A stretch of 64,000 bases of DNA from an uncultured Chloroflexia bacterium (lineage in GTDB: Bacteria > Chloroflexota > Dehalococcoidia > UBA2979): contig CAVSIV010000006.1 of NCBI GenBank assembly GCA_963728205.1, forward strand, positions 896,001 to 960,000, written 5' to 3'. Made by a program: the position numbers and the translations under genes. Positions 54,017 through 64,000 of the stretch are shown piece by piece; position 1 is the first letter of the stretch; every line of letters starts with the position of its first letter. The notes beneath the pieces were generated by a model. That model made no database searches. It was not told the origin of the DNA and was given only the letters and a program-made list of their open reading frames with translations.

Positions 54017-55108
54017 CTATCGTCCCGTCGCGAGCTGCTGCCAGGCGCTCAGCGCCGGTCGCGCCGTCCCATCCTGCGTGCTCAGTCCCATGGCAGCGCC
54101 CGGCGCCGCCGCCGACGCATCGTCGTACGCCGACGGCCACATCACGAAGCGCGGGGTGACGCCATGGAGCAGCGCCGGGAGGCGTTGAACGAACGCGGCC
54201 TGTTGCTCGGGCGTAGCGCCCGCGGTCACGCCGCCACCCGCCGCGGCGGGCCAGCCGATCGAGGCAAACGCGACCGGTCGCCCCGCAACATGATCGAGCG
54301 CGTCCGCGTAGTAGGTCGCGGGGATGTCGCCCGGCGACGCATAGTCGAGCGCCGGGTCGCTCGTGAACGCAACGAGGTCGAGCAACGGCGCGACCTGCTC
54401 GAGCAGCACCCAGTGCGACGGTCGCTGATCGCCCGCGACCGTACGGCCGCCGCGCAACGCCTCGTACTGGAACGTCGCGTAGACGACCGTCTGCGGCGAC
54501 ACCCGGTGGATCGCGGCGACGATGGAAGGAACCGATTCGACGAACCCGTCGTACGCCTCGTGGTCCTCGGCCCAGAGCAGGTTCACGTCATCGCCGATGC
54601 CGAGGTACGGCGGCTGCGTCGCCTTCGCGAGCGCGACGAGCGCCTGCAAGTACGAACCGACCGCGCCGGGCAGGCGGAAGTCGAGCGACGGCCTGTAGCC
54701 CGCGCCCGCGCCCTGGTCGAATCCGATCGAGAGCAGGGCGTGGAACCCGTGCTGCTGCGCGGTCTGGAGCTGCTGCGCGGCCGCGTCGGGGATCCCGGCG
54801 GGCGGCTGGTATGTGAAGGGGGCGCCGAGCCAGCCGCCGAGCGCCGGCACCGCCGCGTACAGCGTCTGCCAGTCCGCGCTCGTCGGCGCCGCGGCGTGCG
54901 GCGGCACCGGCGCGGCGATGCCATACTCCGCCGGCGCCGGCGCCGGCGCCAGGGTGGCGCTGGCGGTCGGCGCAACGAGGGTAGCGGGCTGGCCGCTGGC
55001 GGTTGCCGTCGCCACGCCACCGCCGGTCCCGCCGCTCGAACACGCGGCCGCCGCGGCCGCGAGGAGCAGGAGCACGAGCGGCGCGGGGATCGCGCGACGA
55101 GGCGTCAT
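54017..55108 (-). CDS. Lipoprotein with GH-A-like TIM-barrel (catalytic residues apparently absent)
   Basis: Lipobox LAAAAAAC; YLGIGDDVN, VAFASIGW, TPEQQAAF, MGL..DGTARPAL..W. Confidence 0.65.
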   Translation of the reverse strand: MTPRRAIPAPLVLLLLAAAAAACSSGGTGGGVATATASGQPATLVAPTASATLAPAPAPAEYGIAAPVPPHAAAPTSADWQTLYAAVPALGGWLGAPFTYQPPAGIPDAAAQQLQTAQQHGFHALLSIGFDQGAGAGYRPSLDFRLPGAVGSYLQALVALAKATQPPYLGIGDDVNLLWAEDHEAYDGFVESVPSIVAAIHRVSPQTVVYATFQYEALRGGRTVAGDQRPSHWVLLEQVAPLLDLVAFTSDPALDYASPGDIPATYYADALDHVAGRPVAFASIGWPAAAGGGVTAGATPEQQAAFVQRLPALLHGVTPRFVMWPSAYDDASAAAPGAAMGLSTQDGTARPALSAWQQLATGR

Positions 55109-55167
55109 CCCTTCTACGGTAGCCCCCCGGCGCACCCTCCCCCGGCCGCGCGCCCGCGGCCCTCGCG

Positions 55168-55488
55168 CTACGCCGCCTCGTCGCCGGCGAACCGGTAGCC
55201 GACGCGCGGCACCGTGTCGATGTAGGTCGCCGCGCGGTCGCCGAGCTTGGAGCGCAGCCGCGACAGCACGACCGCGAGCCGCCGGCGGCTGCGCACCGTG
55301 GCCTGCCCCCAGAGCGCCTCGGCCAGCCGGTCGTAGGTCGCGATGCGGCCGTCGAGCGCGGCGATGTGCCACAGCGCGTTGAACTCCAGGTACGTGAGAC
55401 GCACCTCGCTGCCGGACAGCGTCACGCGGTATCGCTCGCGGTCGATGCGGAGAGCACCCGCCTCGATCACATCGCCCACTCGTGTCAC
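55168..55488 (-). CDS. Stand-alone OmpR-type winged-helix protein
   Basis: LRIDRERYRV..LTYLEFNAL..LSRLRSKL..IDTVPRVGYRF; no receiver domain. Confidence 0.78.
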   Translation of the reverse strand: MTRVGDVIEAGALRIDRERYRVTLSGSEVRLTYLEFNALWHIAALDGRIATYDRLAEALWGQATVRSRRRLAVVLSRLRSKLGDRAATYIDTVPRVGYRFAGDEAA

Positions 55489-55742
55489 TCGTGGCGACTC
55501 CCGTCCTGCGCGCCGGGCCGGCGGCCCGAGTGACCGACCCCGCCGCTGCGTTCGGCGCGGGATCAACCTATCGGGGCCGCGTTTCACCGCGAGGTCGCCC
55601 CTGTAACGACTCGATGTCGCGCGCATTTCGTTTCGGTTTCCCCGCGGCGCGGCGGTCACCGCGCTTGCAGCGGCCTGTGCACCGCGTCACGATGTCGCGG
55701 CACCAGCGTCCCCGCGGGCGCCGGGCACGGAGAGGGGATCAC

Positions 55743-57152
55743 GTGGCGACACTGCAGGAGGTGCGACAGCTGGCAGAGTCGCGCGGCGCGCGCCGGCTCG
55801 ACCTCCGCGCGAGCGACTTCACCGGACGCTGGCTGCGCGTCTCGGTGCCGCTGGACCGCCTCGGCCCCGAGCTCGTCGATCACGGCGTGGGGTGCGACCG
55901 CGGTGCGCTCGAGGGCAGCGACGCGCGGGGCCCCGAGCTCATGCTCGTGCCCGATCTCGATACCGCCGCCGTCGACCCCGTCGCCGCGCAACCCACGCTC
56001 AGCCTCGTCTGCCGCATCGTCGACCCGGTCACGCACGGCCGTTACGCGCGCGACCCGCGGCACGTTGCCGAGCGCGCCGAGGAGCACCTGCGCGCGTCGG
56101 GCGTCGCCGACCGCGCCGTCTTCGCCGCGCCCCTGCAGTTCTTCCTCTTCGACGACGTCCGTTACCAGCAGGCCGCGCACACCGGCTTCTACTTCGTCGA
56201 CTCCGCCGAGGGCGCGTGGAACTCCGGACGCGACGAGGCGCCGAACCTCGCGACGACGACCCCGGAGGGTCGTGGCTATCAGCAGGGCCCGCCGTTCGAC
56301 ACGCTCGCGGAGGTGCGCTGGGCCGTCGTGGAAGCGCTCGGCGCGATCGGCGCGCAGGTGATGTCGGCGCGCCACGAGGCCGCCGCCGCGGGGCAGTCCG
56401 AGGTCGCGCTCGGCCACGGCCCGCTCGTGCGCAAGGGCGACGAGACGCAGTGGGCGCGCCACATCGTCCGCAACGTGGCGCGGGCGAACGGGCGCGTGGC
56501 GACGTTCATGCCGAAGCCGCTGCACGGCCAGGCGGGCTCCGGCATGCCCGCGCACCAGTCGCTGTGGCGTGGCGATACGCCGACGTTCTTCGACAGCAAC
56601 GGCTACGCGGGCCTCTCGCAGCTCGCGCGGTACTACATCGGCGGGCTGCTCCAGCACGCGCCGGCGCTGCTCGCGTTCTGCGCGCCGACGACGAACTCCT
56701 ACCGCCGCCTGATGGCCGAGGAGTCGCCGGTGCACCTCACCTACTCGGTGCGCAGTCCCTCGGCGATCGTGCGCGTGCCCTCGCTGCCGCCGACTCCGGC
56801 CGGGACGCGCGTCGAGTTCCGGCCGCCCGACGGCACGGCGAACCCCTACCTCGCGTTCGCGGCCATGCTGATGGCCGGGCTCGACGGCATCCAGTCACGC
56901 ATCGAGCCGGGCGACCCGCTCGACAAGCATGTCGACGAGCTGTCGGCGACGGAGCTGGCGCGCGTGCAGACGCTGCCGACGTCGCTCGACGCCGCGCTCG
57001 ACGCGCTCGCCGCGGACCAGGCGTTCCTGCGCAAGGGCGACGTCTTCTCGCCGGAAGTGATTGATGGCTGGATCGCGCTGAAGCGCGACGAGGCCGCGGC
57101 GGTGCGCGCGCGGCCGACGCCGTACGAGTACGAGCTCTACTTCACGGGGTAG
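55743..57152 (+). CDS. Glutamine synthetase type I (beta-like) homolog, catalytic residues degenerate
   Basis: [39 protein letters not shown]; lacks several metal ligands (see findings). Confidence 0.85.
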   Translation: MATLQEVRQLAESRGARRLDLRASDFTGRWLRVSVPLDRLGPELVDHGVGCDRGALEGSDARGPELMLVPDLDTAAVDPVAAQPTLSLVCRIVDPVTHGRYARDPRHVAERAEEHLRASGVADRAVFAAPLQFFLFDDVRYQQAAHTGFYFVDSAEGAWNSGRDEAPNLATTTPEGRGYQQGPPFDTLAEVRWAVVEALGAIGAQVMSARHEAAAAGQSEVALGHGPLVRKGDETQWARHIVRNVARANGRVATFMPKPLHGQAGSGMPAHQSLWRGDTPTFFDSNGYAGLSQLARYYIGGLLQHAPALLAFCAPTTNSYRRLMAEESPVHLTYSVRSPSAIVRVPSLPPTPAGTRVEFRPPDGTANPYLAFAAMLMAGLDGIQSRIEPGDPLDKHVDELSATELARVQTLPTSLDAALDALAADQAFLRKGDVFSPEVIDGWIALKRDEAAAVRARPTPYEYELYFTG

Positions 57153-57259
57153 CGCCGGGGACCGCCGGCCCGGAGCCCCAGCCGTCCGCCGTCCGCCCGT
57201 CCGCCCGTCCCACGAGCGCGCCGATTTCGCCTGCCGCGGGGCGGCCCTATTCTGGGCGC

Positions 57260-57447
57260 AGCGCAGTGGGGCCTGGAAGGCAGCGGCGGGACACCCGCCG
57301 CTCTGACCGCGCGGAACCGGCACCAATCCCGGCATCCGACCTCGAGCCTCACTCGTCACGCGGCGACCCGGCACCCGCCGCGTGCTCGAAGGTTCGAAGG
57401 GAGGACCACGTTGCCGGGCAAGCCGGTTCGACCCGCGCCGACGGCGC
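57260..57447 (+). ncRNA. Candidate structured RNA (long rod; 6S-like motifs)
   Basis: Nested stems 57314-21/57422-29, 57328-34/57412-18, 57342-49/57390-97, 57357-65/57376-84; TATTCT at 57248. Confidence 0.35.
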
Positions 57448-57622
57448 GGCTGGCCGCACGCACCCTCGCGCCCGCACCTCCGAGCCGCCCCGCGTGGGCG
57501 ACCGCCGCGGCGCGACCACCAAATCTTCGCCACCGCTCGCCTGGGACGCGCCCGGCATAACCGGCCGCGCCCGCCTACCCGTCGGAGACGGCCGGCTTCT
57601 GCGCCGGCAGGGGAGTGGTGAG

Positions 57623-59696
57623 ATGTCCACCTACGCACTGGTCGTAGCCTGCGGCCTGCTCGGGCTCGGCTTCGGCACCGTGACCGGCGCCAGCGTGCTG
57701 GCCGCCAGCCCCGGCTCGCCGCGCATGATCGAGATCGCGCGCGCGATCCAGGAGGGCGCCGGCGCCTACCTCAACCGCCAGTACCGCACGATCGCGATGG
57801 TCGGCGTGCTCGTCGCCGCGCTGCTCGCCTGGCAGCTGGGCTGGCACGTCGCGATCGGGTTCCTGCTCGGCGCGACCCTCTCGGGTCTCGCCGGCTACAT
57901 CGGCATGAACGTGTCCGTGCGCGCGAACGTCCGCACCGCGGACGCGGCGTCGCGGGGGCTCGCCCCGGCGCTGCGGCTCTCCTTCCGCGCGGGCGCGGTC
58001 ACCGGGCTGCTCGTGGTGAGCGTCGGCCTGCTCGGGCTCATCGGCTACTACCTCGCGCTGCGGGCCTCCTTCCAGGACATCACCCCGGTGATGGAGGGGC
58101 TCGTCGGGCTGAGCTTCGGCGGCTCGCTGATCTCGATCTTCGCGCGCCTGGGCGGCGGCATCTTCACCAAGGGCGCCGACGTCGGCGCCGACCTCGTCGG
58201 CAAGATCGAGGCCGGCATCCCCGAGGACGACCCCCGCAACCCCGCCGTGATCGCGAAACGTCGGCGACAACGTCGGCGACTGCGCCGGCATGGCCGCGGA
58301 CCTCTTCGAGACGTACACCGTCAGCCTCGTCGCGACGATGCTGCTCGCCGCGCTGCAGTTCGCGCAGCCGCTGCGCGACCGCATGCTCACGCTACCGCTC
58401 CTGCTTGCGGGGCTGTGCATCGTCGCGTCGATCGCCGGGGTCTTCTTCGTGCGGCTCGGGCGCTCGCAGTCGATCATGCGCGCGCTCTACGCCGGCCTGA
58501 TCGCGACCGTGGCGATCTCGGCCGTCGCGGCGGCGTGGGCAATCCACTGGGCCGTCGGGTTCCGCGCGTCGATCGCCATCGCCGGCGCGACGTACCACGG
58601 CTGGAACCTCTACGTGTGCTGCCTCGTCGGCTTCGCCACGACCGGGCTGCTCGTCGTGATCACCGAGTACTACACCGCGACCGCTTACCGCCCGGTGCGC
58701 TCGGTCGCCGCGGCGTCGATCAGCGGGCACGCGACCAACGTGATCCACGGCCTCGCCGTCTCGCTCGAGGCGACCGCGCTGCCCGTGATCGTGATCTGCG
58801 CCGCGATCGTGACGGCCGACATCAACGGTGGGCTCTTCGGCGTATCACTCGCGGCGACGACCATGCTCGCGCTCGCGGGCATGATCATCGCCCTCGACGC
58901 CTACGGCCCGGTCACGGACAACGCCGGCGGCATCGCCGAGATGGCGGGGCTGCCGTCCGCGGTCCGCGAGGTGACCGACGCGCTCGACGCGGTCGGCAAC
59001 ACGACGAAGGCGGTGACGAAGGGATATGCGATCGGCTCCGCGGCACTCGCCGCGCTCGTGCTGTTCTCGGCGTACACCGAGGACCTGCGCCGCTACTTCC
59101 CGCGCGTCGACGTCGGGTTCGCGCTGCAGGACCCCTACGTCGTGGTCGGGCTGTTCATCGGCGGCCTGCTGCCGTACGTCTTCGCGTCGCTCGGGATGGT
59201 GTCGGTTGGGCGTGCGGCCGGGAAGGTGGTGTCCGAGGTGCGCCGCCAGTTCCGCGACATCCCCGGGATCATGGACGGCAGCGCGCGTCCCGAGTACGGA
59301 GCCGCGGTGGACCTCCTGACGCGCGCGGCGATCCGCGAGATGGTGCTGCCGTCGCTTCTGCCGGTCGCTGCGCCGGTATTGCTCTACTTCGTCGTCTGGC
59401 TCGTGCAGGGGCAGGCCACGGCGTTCACCACGCTCGGGGCCATGCTGCTGGGGACCATCGTGACCGGGCTCTTCCTCGCGCTGTCGATGACCTCCGGCGG
59501 GGCCGCGTGGGACAACGCGAAGAAGTACATCGAGAGCGGCGCGTTCGGGGGCAAGGGCTCAGAGGCACACCTCGCGGCGATCACCGGCGACACCGTCGGC
59601 GATCCCTACAAGGACACCGCCGGGCCGGCGGTGAACCCGATGATCAAGATCGTGAACATCGTCGCGCTGCTGCTGCTCGCCATGCTGGCGCACTGA
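57623..59696 (+). CDS. hppA: Membrane-bound H+-translocating pyrophosphatase, frameshifted at ~58256 (likely sequence error or pseudogene)
   Basis: [35 protein letters not shown]|[17 protein letters not shown]; GNTTKA (Lys = K+-independent type); [14 protein letters not shown]. Confidence 0.9.
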
Positions 59697-59749
59697 GCCG
59701 CCGGCCGCTGCCTCGGACCCGAAGGCCGCGCGCCCGCGCCGAGCGCGCG

Positions 59750-61081
59750 CTACAGGCCGAGGTAGCGGTCGATCTCGTACTGGCTGACCTGCGATCGGTA
59801 CTGCATCCACTCGAGCCGCTTGTTCGCGACGAGCGTCGCCCACACGTGCTCGCCCATCGTCTCGCGCATCAGCGTCGACGCCTCGAACTGCGCCGTCGCC
59901 TCCGCGAGCGACACCGGCAGCGCGACCACCCCGCGCGCCGCGAGCTCCCCGGCTGGCATCTCCGACACGCTGCGTTCGAGCGGCTCGGGGAGTGGATAGG
60001 CGCCGTCGATGCCCGCCATGCCGGCCGCGAGGACACCGGCGAACGCGAGGTACGGGTTGCACGCCGAGTCCGGCACCCGGTACTCGATGCGCGTCGACTC
60101 CACCTCGAGGTCCGTGCGCCGGTCCGGCACGCGCACGAGGTCGGCGCGGTTGCGGGTCGACCACGTCGCATGCGTCGGCGCCTCGTAGCCCGGCACGAGC
60201 CGCTTGTACGAGTTCACCCACTGGTTGGTGACGAGCATCAGCTCAGGCGCGTGCCGCAGCAGCCCCGCCATGTAGTGCTTCGCCGCACCCGAGATGTGCA
60301 GCCACTCTCCGGCCTCGTAGAAGGCGTTGCTCTCGCCGCGGAACAGCGACTGCTGCAGGTGCATCGCCGAGCCGTTCTGGTCGGCGAGCGGCTTTGGCAT
60401 GAACGTCGCGTGGACGCCGTGGCGGATCGCCACCTCCTTCACGACGAGCCGGAACGTCATGACCGCGTCGGCCATGGTCAGCGCGTCCGCGTAGCCGAGG
60501 TCGATCTCCTGCTGGCTCGGCGCCGCCTCGTGGTGGCTCTCCGCGACGCCGATGCCGAGGTCCTCGAGCGTGAGCACGGTCTCGCGACGAATGTCGGACG
60601 CGCCGTCCGCCGCGGTCATGTCGAAGTAGCCGCCGCCGTCGAGCGGCTCGGTCCCCTTCGCGTCTTTGAAGTAGAAGTACTCGACCTCGGGGGAGACGTA
60701 GAAGGTGTAGCCGGACTCCGCCGCGCGGGCCAGCGTGCGCTTCAGCACCTGGCGCGGGTCGCCCTCGAACGGCTCCCCGTTCGGCGACCAGATGTCGCAG
60801 AACATGCGGGCCTCGGCCTGCCCCCGCGGGCGCCAGGGCAGCAGCTGGAACGTCGCGGGGTCCGGCATCGCGATCATGTCGGCCTCGTCGTGGCGGGCGA
60901 AGCCCTCGATGGCCGAGCCGTCGAAGACGATGCCGTCGTCGAGCGCGTGATCGAGCTCCCCGGTCGTGATGGCGACCGACTTGAGTTGCCCGAGGATGTC
61001 CGTGAACCACAGCCGGATGAACTTCACGTCGTGGTCGCGGCACGCCTGCAGGACGTGCTGGCGAGAGTCGAGATCGTTCAT
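59750..61081 (-). CDS. glnA: Glutamine synthetase type I (alpha-like), intact active site
   Basis: [64 protein letters not shown]; leaderless TACTCT-N6-ATG. Confidence 0.92.
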   Translation of the reverse strand: MNDLDSRQHVLQACRDHDVKFIRLWFTDILGQLKSVAITTGELDHALDDGIVFDGSAIEGFARHDEADMIAMPDPATFQLLPWRPRGQAEARMFCDIWSPNGEPFEGDPRQVLKRTLARAAESGYTFYVSPEVEYFYFKDAKGTEPLDGGGYFDMTAADGASDIRRETVLTLEDLGIGVAESHHEAAPSQQEIDLGYADALTMADAVMTFRLVVKEVAIRHGVHATFMPKPLADQNGSAMHLQQSLFRGESNAFYEAGEWLHISGAAKHYMAGLLRHAPELMLVTNQWVNSYKRLVPGYEAPTHATWSTRNRADLVRVPDRRTDLEVESTRIEYRVPDSACNPYLAFAGVLAAGMAGIDGAYPLPEPLERSVSEMPAGELAARGVVALPVSLAEATAQFEASTLMRETMGEHVWATLVANKRLEWMQYRSQVSQYEIDRYLGL

Positions 61082-61362
61082 GGCACGAGAGTAGCGTGAT
61101 CGGTGTTTCAGCCGCATGTCGTGATCTCGCCCGGCCGGCGCGCCGCCGCGCCACCGGATGCGGCGGTCGTGGCCATCGCGGAGCGGTCGCGCGCTCGCCG
61201 GGCCACGCGCCTCGCGTCAGGCGGCACGGGCGCAGGCGGTCGGACCGCACCGCTTCCCGGCTTGCTGCCGGTAGCGCCAGCGAATGCGTTATAGTGCCGC
61301 CCGCACGCGAGCGGCACCGGCGTCCCGCCGGCCGTAGCAGAGCACGACGAGGAGGGTGCAGC

Positions 61363-61839
61363 TTGGTCACGGAACTCCCTGACCTGACCGACGAAATGAA
61401 GGCCGCCATCGGCCGCCCCGGCCCGGCGACGACCTACGAGGTGACGACGCTCGGCATCCGCACGTTCGGACGGGCCGTCGGCTACAAGAACCCCATCTAC
61501 TTCGACGAGGCGGCCGCGAAGGCCAAGGGCCACCGCGGGCTCGTCGCACCGCCGGGCTACCTCGGCATGCCGGTCTTCGACCCGAACCGCCAGGAGGCCG
61601 CGCGTCGCCCGGACTTCCAGACGCCGTTCAAGCGGAACCTCAACGGCGGCACCGAGGTCGAGCCCATCGAGCACGTCTACGCCGGCGACGTCCTCGACGC
61701 CGTGACGACCCTCACGAACCTCGAGCTCACTCGCGGGCGCCTGGGCCAGATGCTCGTCCGCACGTCCGAGACCGTGTACACGCGCAAGTCCGACGGCAAG
61801 GTCGTCGCGAAGACGCGCGGCACCGGCCTCTCCTACTAG
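61363..61839 (+). CDS. MaoC N-terminal-type dehydratase partner (HadA-like)
   Basis: IRTFGRAVG..NPIYFDEAAA..GLVAPPG, LNGGTE; RBS GAGGAGG before TTG. Confidence 0.82.
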   Translation: MVTELPDLTDEMKAAIGRPGPATTYEVTTLGIRTFGRAVGYKNPIYFDEAAAKAKGHRGLVAPPGYLGMPVFDPNRQEAARRPDFQTPFKRNLNGGTEVEPIEHVYAGDVLDAVTTLTNLELTRGRLGQMLVRTSETVYTRKSDGKVVAKTRGTGLSY

Positions 61840-61858
61840 CGGCGCGGAGGAAGACACC

Positions 61859-62287
61859 ATGGCACAGGTCTACTGGGACGACGTCACCGAGGGCCAGGAG
61901 ATCCCGGCCCTCGACGAGGAGTTCAGCTCGCAGCGGCTCGTGGTCTGGGCCGCCGCGTCAGGCGACTTCTACCAGATCCACTACGACGACAACTTCGCGA
62001 AGGGCAACAACCTCCCCGACATCATCGTCCACGGGGCGCTGAAGGGGATGCTCGTCGGCCGCGTCATCGACGAGTGGGTCGGCGACGAGGGCCGCATCGT
62101 GAAGTGGGGCGTCTCGTACCGCGGGATGGACCCGGCGCGCCAGAACATCAAGGTCTGGGGCAAGGTCACGAAGAAGTACGAGCAGAACGGCGAAGGCATG
62201 GTCGACCTCGAGGTCGGCTGCCAGCAGCCCAACGGCACGCAGACGACGCCGGGGACGGCGACGGTGGTGCTGCCGAAGAAGAAGTAG
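61859..62287 (+). CDS. MaoC-family dehydratase (HadB-like)
   Basis: YWDDVTEGQEIP, WAAASGDFYQIHYD, IIVHG. Confidence 0.9.
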   Translation: MAQVYWDDVTEGQEIPALDEEFSSQRLVVWAAASGDFYQIHYDDNFAKGNNLPDIIVHGALKGMLVGRVIDEWVGDEGRIVKWGVSYRGMDPARQNIKVWGKVTKKYEQNGEGMVDLEVGCQQPNGTQTTPGTATVVLPKKK

Positions 62288-62324
62288 CCTCGCCGGCGCG
62301 ACGCGCGCCACCGCGGAAGTACCC

Positions 62325-62352
62325 CGAAGCCCGGCCGTCGTGCCGGGCTTCG
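62325..62352. repeat. REP-like/terminator hairpin, copy A
   Basis: CGAAGCCCGGC-CGTCGT-GCCGGGCTTCG. Confidence 0.6.
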
Positions 62353-62383
62353 CGCTGCCCGCGCGCTTCGCCCGGGCGATGCG

Positions 62384-62551
62384 TCAGGCTGAGAGCCACC
62401 CCCAGTTCAGCGCGAACAGCGCGAGCGCCACGATGAGGCTCACCTCGGCTCGGCGTACCCAGCGCGCGTCGCCGCCCACGATCCAGGTTCCGCACGCGAC
62501 AGCCGCGACGAACAGCGCCGCACTCGCCAGCAGGACGACGAAGATCCGCAC
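62384..62551 (-). CDS. Possible small 2-TM membrane protein
   Basis: VRIFVVLLASAALFVAAVACG..VSLIVALALFALNWGWLSA; GAGGT upstream. Confidence 0.4.
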   Translation of the reverse strand: MRIFVVLLASAALFVAAVACGTWIVGGDARWVRRAEVSLIVALALFALNWGWLSA

Positions 62552-62635
62552 GGGACACCTCGCCACGACGGTAGTCCGCCCGGCGGCCGCGCTGCAGGGA
62601 CCTTCGTCGCCCATCGCACCGTTCGAGGACAAGAG

Positions 62636-62661
62636 GAAGCCCGGCACGAAGGCCGGGCTCC
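62636..62661. repeat. REP-like/terminator hairpin, copy B (inverted relative to copy A)
   Basis: GAAGCCCGGCACGAAGGCCGGGCTCC is close to the reverse complement of 62325-62352. Confidence 0.55.
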
Positions 62662-62683
62662 AGCGTTGCGCGACGCGATGCCG

Positions 62684-64000
62684 CTAGCCGAAGAGCACCC
62701 GCGTCGCGCGGTCGGCCATCGTGTACAGCGGCGCCGCATACACGCCGACGAAGATGACCCCGGCGAACAGCGCGCCCGTCGTGAGGTAGCCGGTCGGCGA
62801 GAGCCGCCAGCGCGCCGGGTCGCCGTTCGGCTGGTACAGGTACATCTGCTTGATCACGCCAAGGTAATAGTAGAGCGACAGGGTGCTCGCGATCACGGCC
62901 GTCGTCGACAGCCAGAGGAAGCCCTGCTGCGCCGTCGACGTGAAGAGGAAGAACTTGGTGAGGAAGCCGGCGAGCAGCGGCATCCCGGCGAGGGAGAAGA
63001 GCCCGGTCGTGATTACCAGCGCGAGCCACGGGTTCGTCTGCGCAAGGCCGCGGAAGCCGCTGATCTCCTCGGTGCCGGTGCGGTTGTAGAAGGCGATCAC
63101 CGCCATGAAGACGGCGAGGTTCGTGATCAGGTACCCGCCGAGGTGCAGCAGCAGCGCCGACGCCGAGCCCTGCGACACGGTCGTGATCGCCATCAGCATG
63201 AAACCGACCTGGCCGATCGACGAGTAGGCCAGCAGTCGCTTGATGTTGTGCTGCTGCATCGCGACGAGGTTGCCGAGCGCCATGGTCATCACGGCGATCA
63301 CGGCGATCATCCACTGCCAGTCGTGCAGCGCCGGCAGCAGCGGCCCGGAGAACCACCGCAGGAACAGCGCGAGCACCGCGGCCTTCGAGGTCGCCGAGAT
63401 GTACGCCGTCACGGGGAGCGGCGCTCCCTCGTAGGCGTCGGGCGTGTACATGTGGAACGGCACGGCCGACGCCTTGAAGCCGAGGCCCGAGATGATCAGC
63501 ACGAGCCCGAGCAGCAGCGGCATCGTCACGTCGTGCGCCGGCTTTGCTGCCAGCGCCGTCGCGATCTCCGCGTACTGCGTCGACCCCGCAACGCCGTAGA
63601 GCAGACTCAATCCGTAGAGGAGCATCGCCGACGCGACGCCGCCCAGCAGCGCGTACTTCAACGCCGCCTCGCCGGAGCGGCGGTCGTTCCGCGCGAGCGA
63701 GACCATCACATAGACGGAGAACGACAGCACCTCGATCGCGATGTACGCCGTCAGCAGGTCGCGGGCCGCGGCCATGTAGATGGCGCCGATCGTCGACAGC
63801 AGCAGCAGCGCGTAGAACTCGCCGATGTGCCCGATGTGCCGCTCCACGTATTCGTGCGAGCCGAGGATCACGACGATCGCCACCGCGATGAACATGACGC
63901 GGAAGAAGGTCGTGTAGTTGTCGACGGTGATCAGGCGCTCGAAGTCGCGGTTCGCGTCGATCCAGAGCAGGCTCACGACGCCCGCGGCGACGAGCCCGAG
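62684..64000 (-). CDS. nuoN: NADH-quinone oxidoreductase subunit N (5' end beyond window)
   Basis: EAALKYALLG, FKASAVPFHMYTPDAYEGAP, NIKRLLAYSSI, SLAGMPLLAGF.K. Confidence 0.95.
   Translation of the reverse strand, partial: LGLVAAGVVSLLWIDANRDFERLITVDNYTTFFRVMFIAVAIVVILGSHEYVERHIGHIGEFYALLLLSTIGAIYMAAARDLLTAYIAIEVLSFSVYVMVSLARNDRRSGEAALKYALLGGVASAMLLYGLSLLYGVAGSTQYAEIATALAAKPAHDVTMPLLLGLVLIISGLGFKASAVPFHMYTPDAYEGAPLPVTAYISATSKAAVLALFLRWFSGPLLPALHDWQWMIAVIAVMTMALGNLVAMQQHNIKRLLAYSSIGQVGFMLMAITTVSQGSASALLLHLGGYLITNLAVFMAVIAFYNRTGTEEISGFRGLAQTNPWLALVITTGLFSLAGMPLLAGFLTKFFLFTSTAQQGFLWLSTTAVIASTLSLYYYLGVIKQMYLYQPNGDPARWRLSPTGYLTTGALFAGVIFVGVYAAPLYTMADRATRVLFG

Noticed and set aside
55581-55640. 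Possible GlnR boxes (GTAAC/GTTTC) upstream of the GS homolog
   Set aside because: Half-sites present, but the GTNAC-N6-GAAAC spacing is not met; too weak to call.
57181-57211. (GCCGTCC/GCCCGTCC)n micro-repeat
   Set aside because: Four short imperfect GC-rich units; low complexity, no spacers, not a CRISPR array.
57266-61099. 1277-aa ORF
   Set aside because: Artefact: the hppA 5' half runs off-frame after the frameshift and then antisense through glnA.
1-64000. tRNA, rRNA, CRISPR arrays, transposases or integrases
   Set aside because: None recognised. An impression of slightly lower GC3 in the glycan and NRPS genes could not be quantified, so horizontal acquisition is not claimed.

Overview
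High-GC (~70%) bacterial window, most consistent with Chloroflexota/Dehalococcoidia-like organisms. This is inferred from gene content and a characteristic C-terminal domain on a secreted protease. Layout: (1) heat-shock locus clpB-hspR-dnaJ, divergent from hsp20 (1-2.6 kb). (2) A SARP-type (wHTH+BTAD) activator followed by a ~27 kb surface-glycan cluster (3.9-30.9 kb): four GT2, five GT4, three paralogous SAM methyltransferases, ABC-2 exporter, Wzz/Wzc-like and Wzy/ligase-like proteins, CDP-glucose enzymes, priming sugar transferase, kinase, delta-60 repeat protein. (3) Hydrolase-LLM-flavin halogenase operon, CocE hydrolase, acyl-CoA dehydrogenase, metzincin protease, and a SLATT + TIR-like membrane-protein pair. 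(4) PPTase and a two-module A-T-C-A-T-TE NRPS whose C domain carries the ureido-type EHHxxHDG motif. (5) ABC transporter, MaoC pairs, a nitrogen-related locus (GlnR-like regulator, a degenerate GS, an intact GS), frameshifted hppA, and the 3' end of nuoN. The main unannotated signal is seven intergenic TAAC-N7-TAAC direct repeats. Each is co-oriented with the downstream gene and lies 10-11 bp before a -10-like hexamer. They tie the glycan operons and the distant NRPS into one putative regulon.
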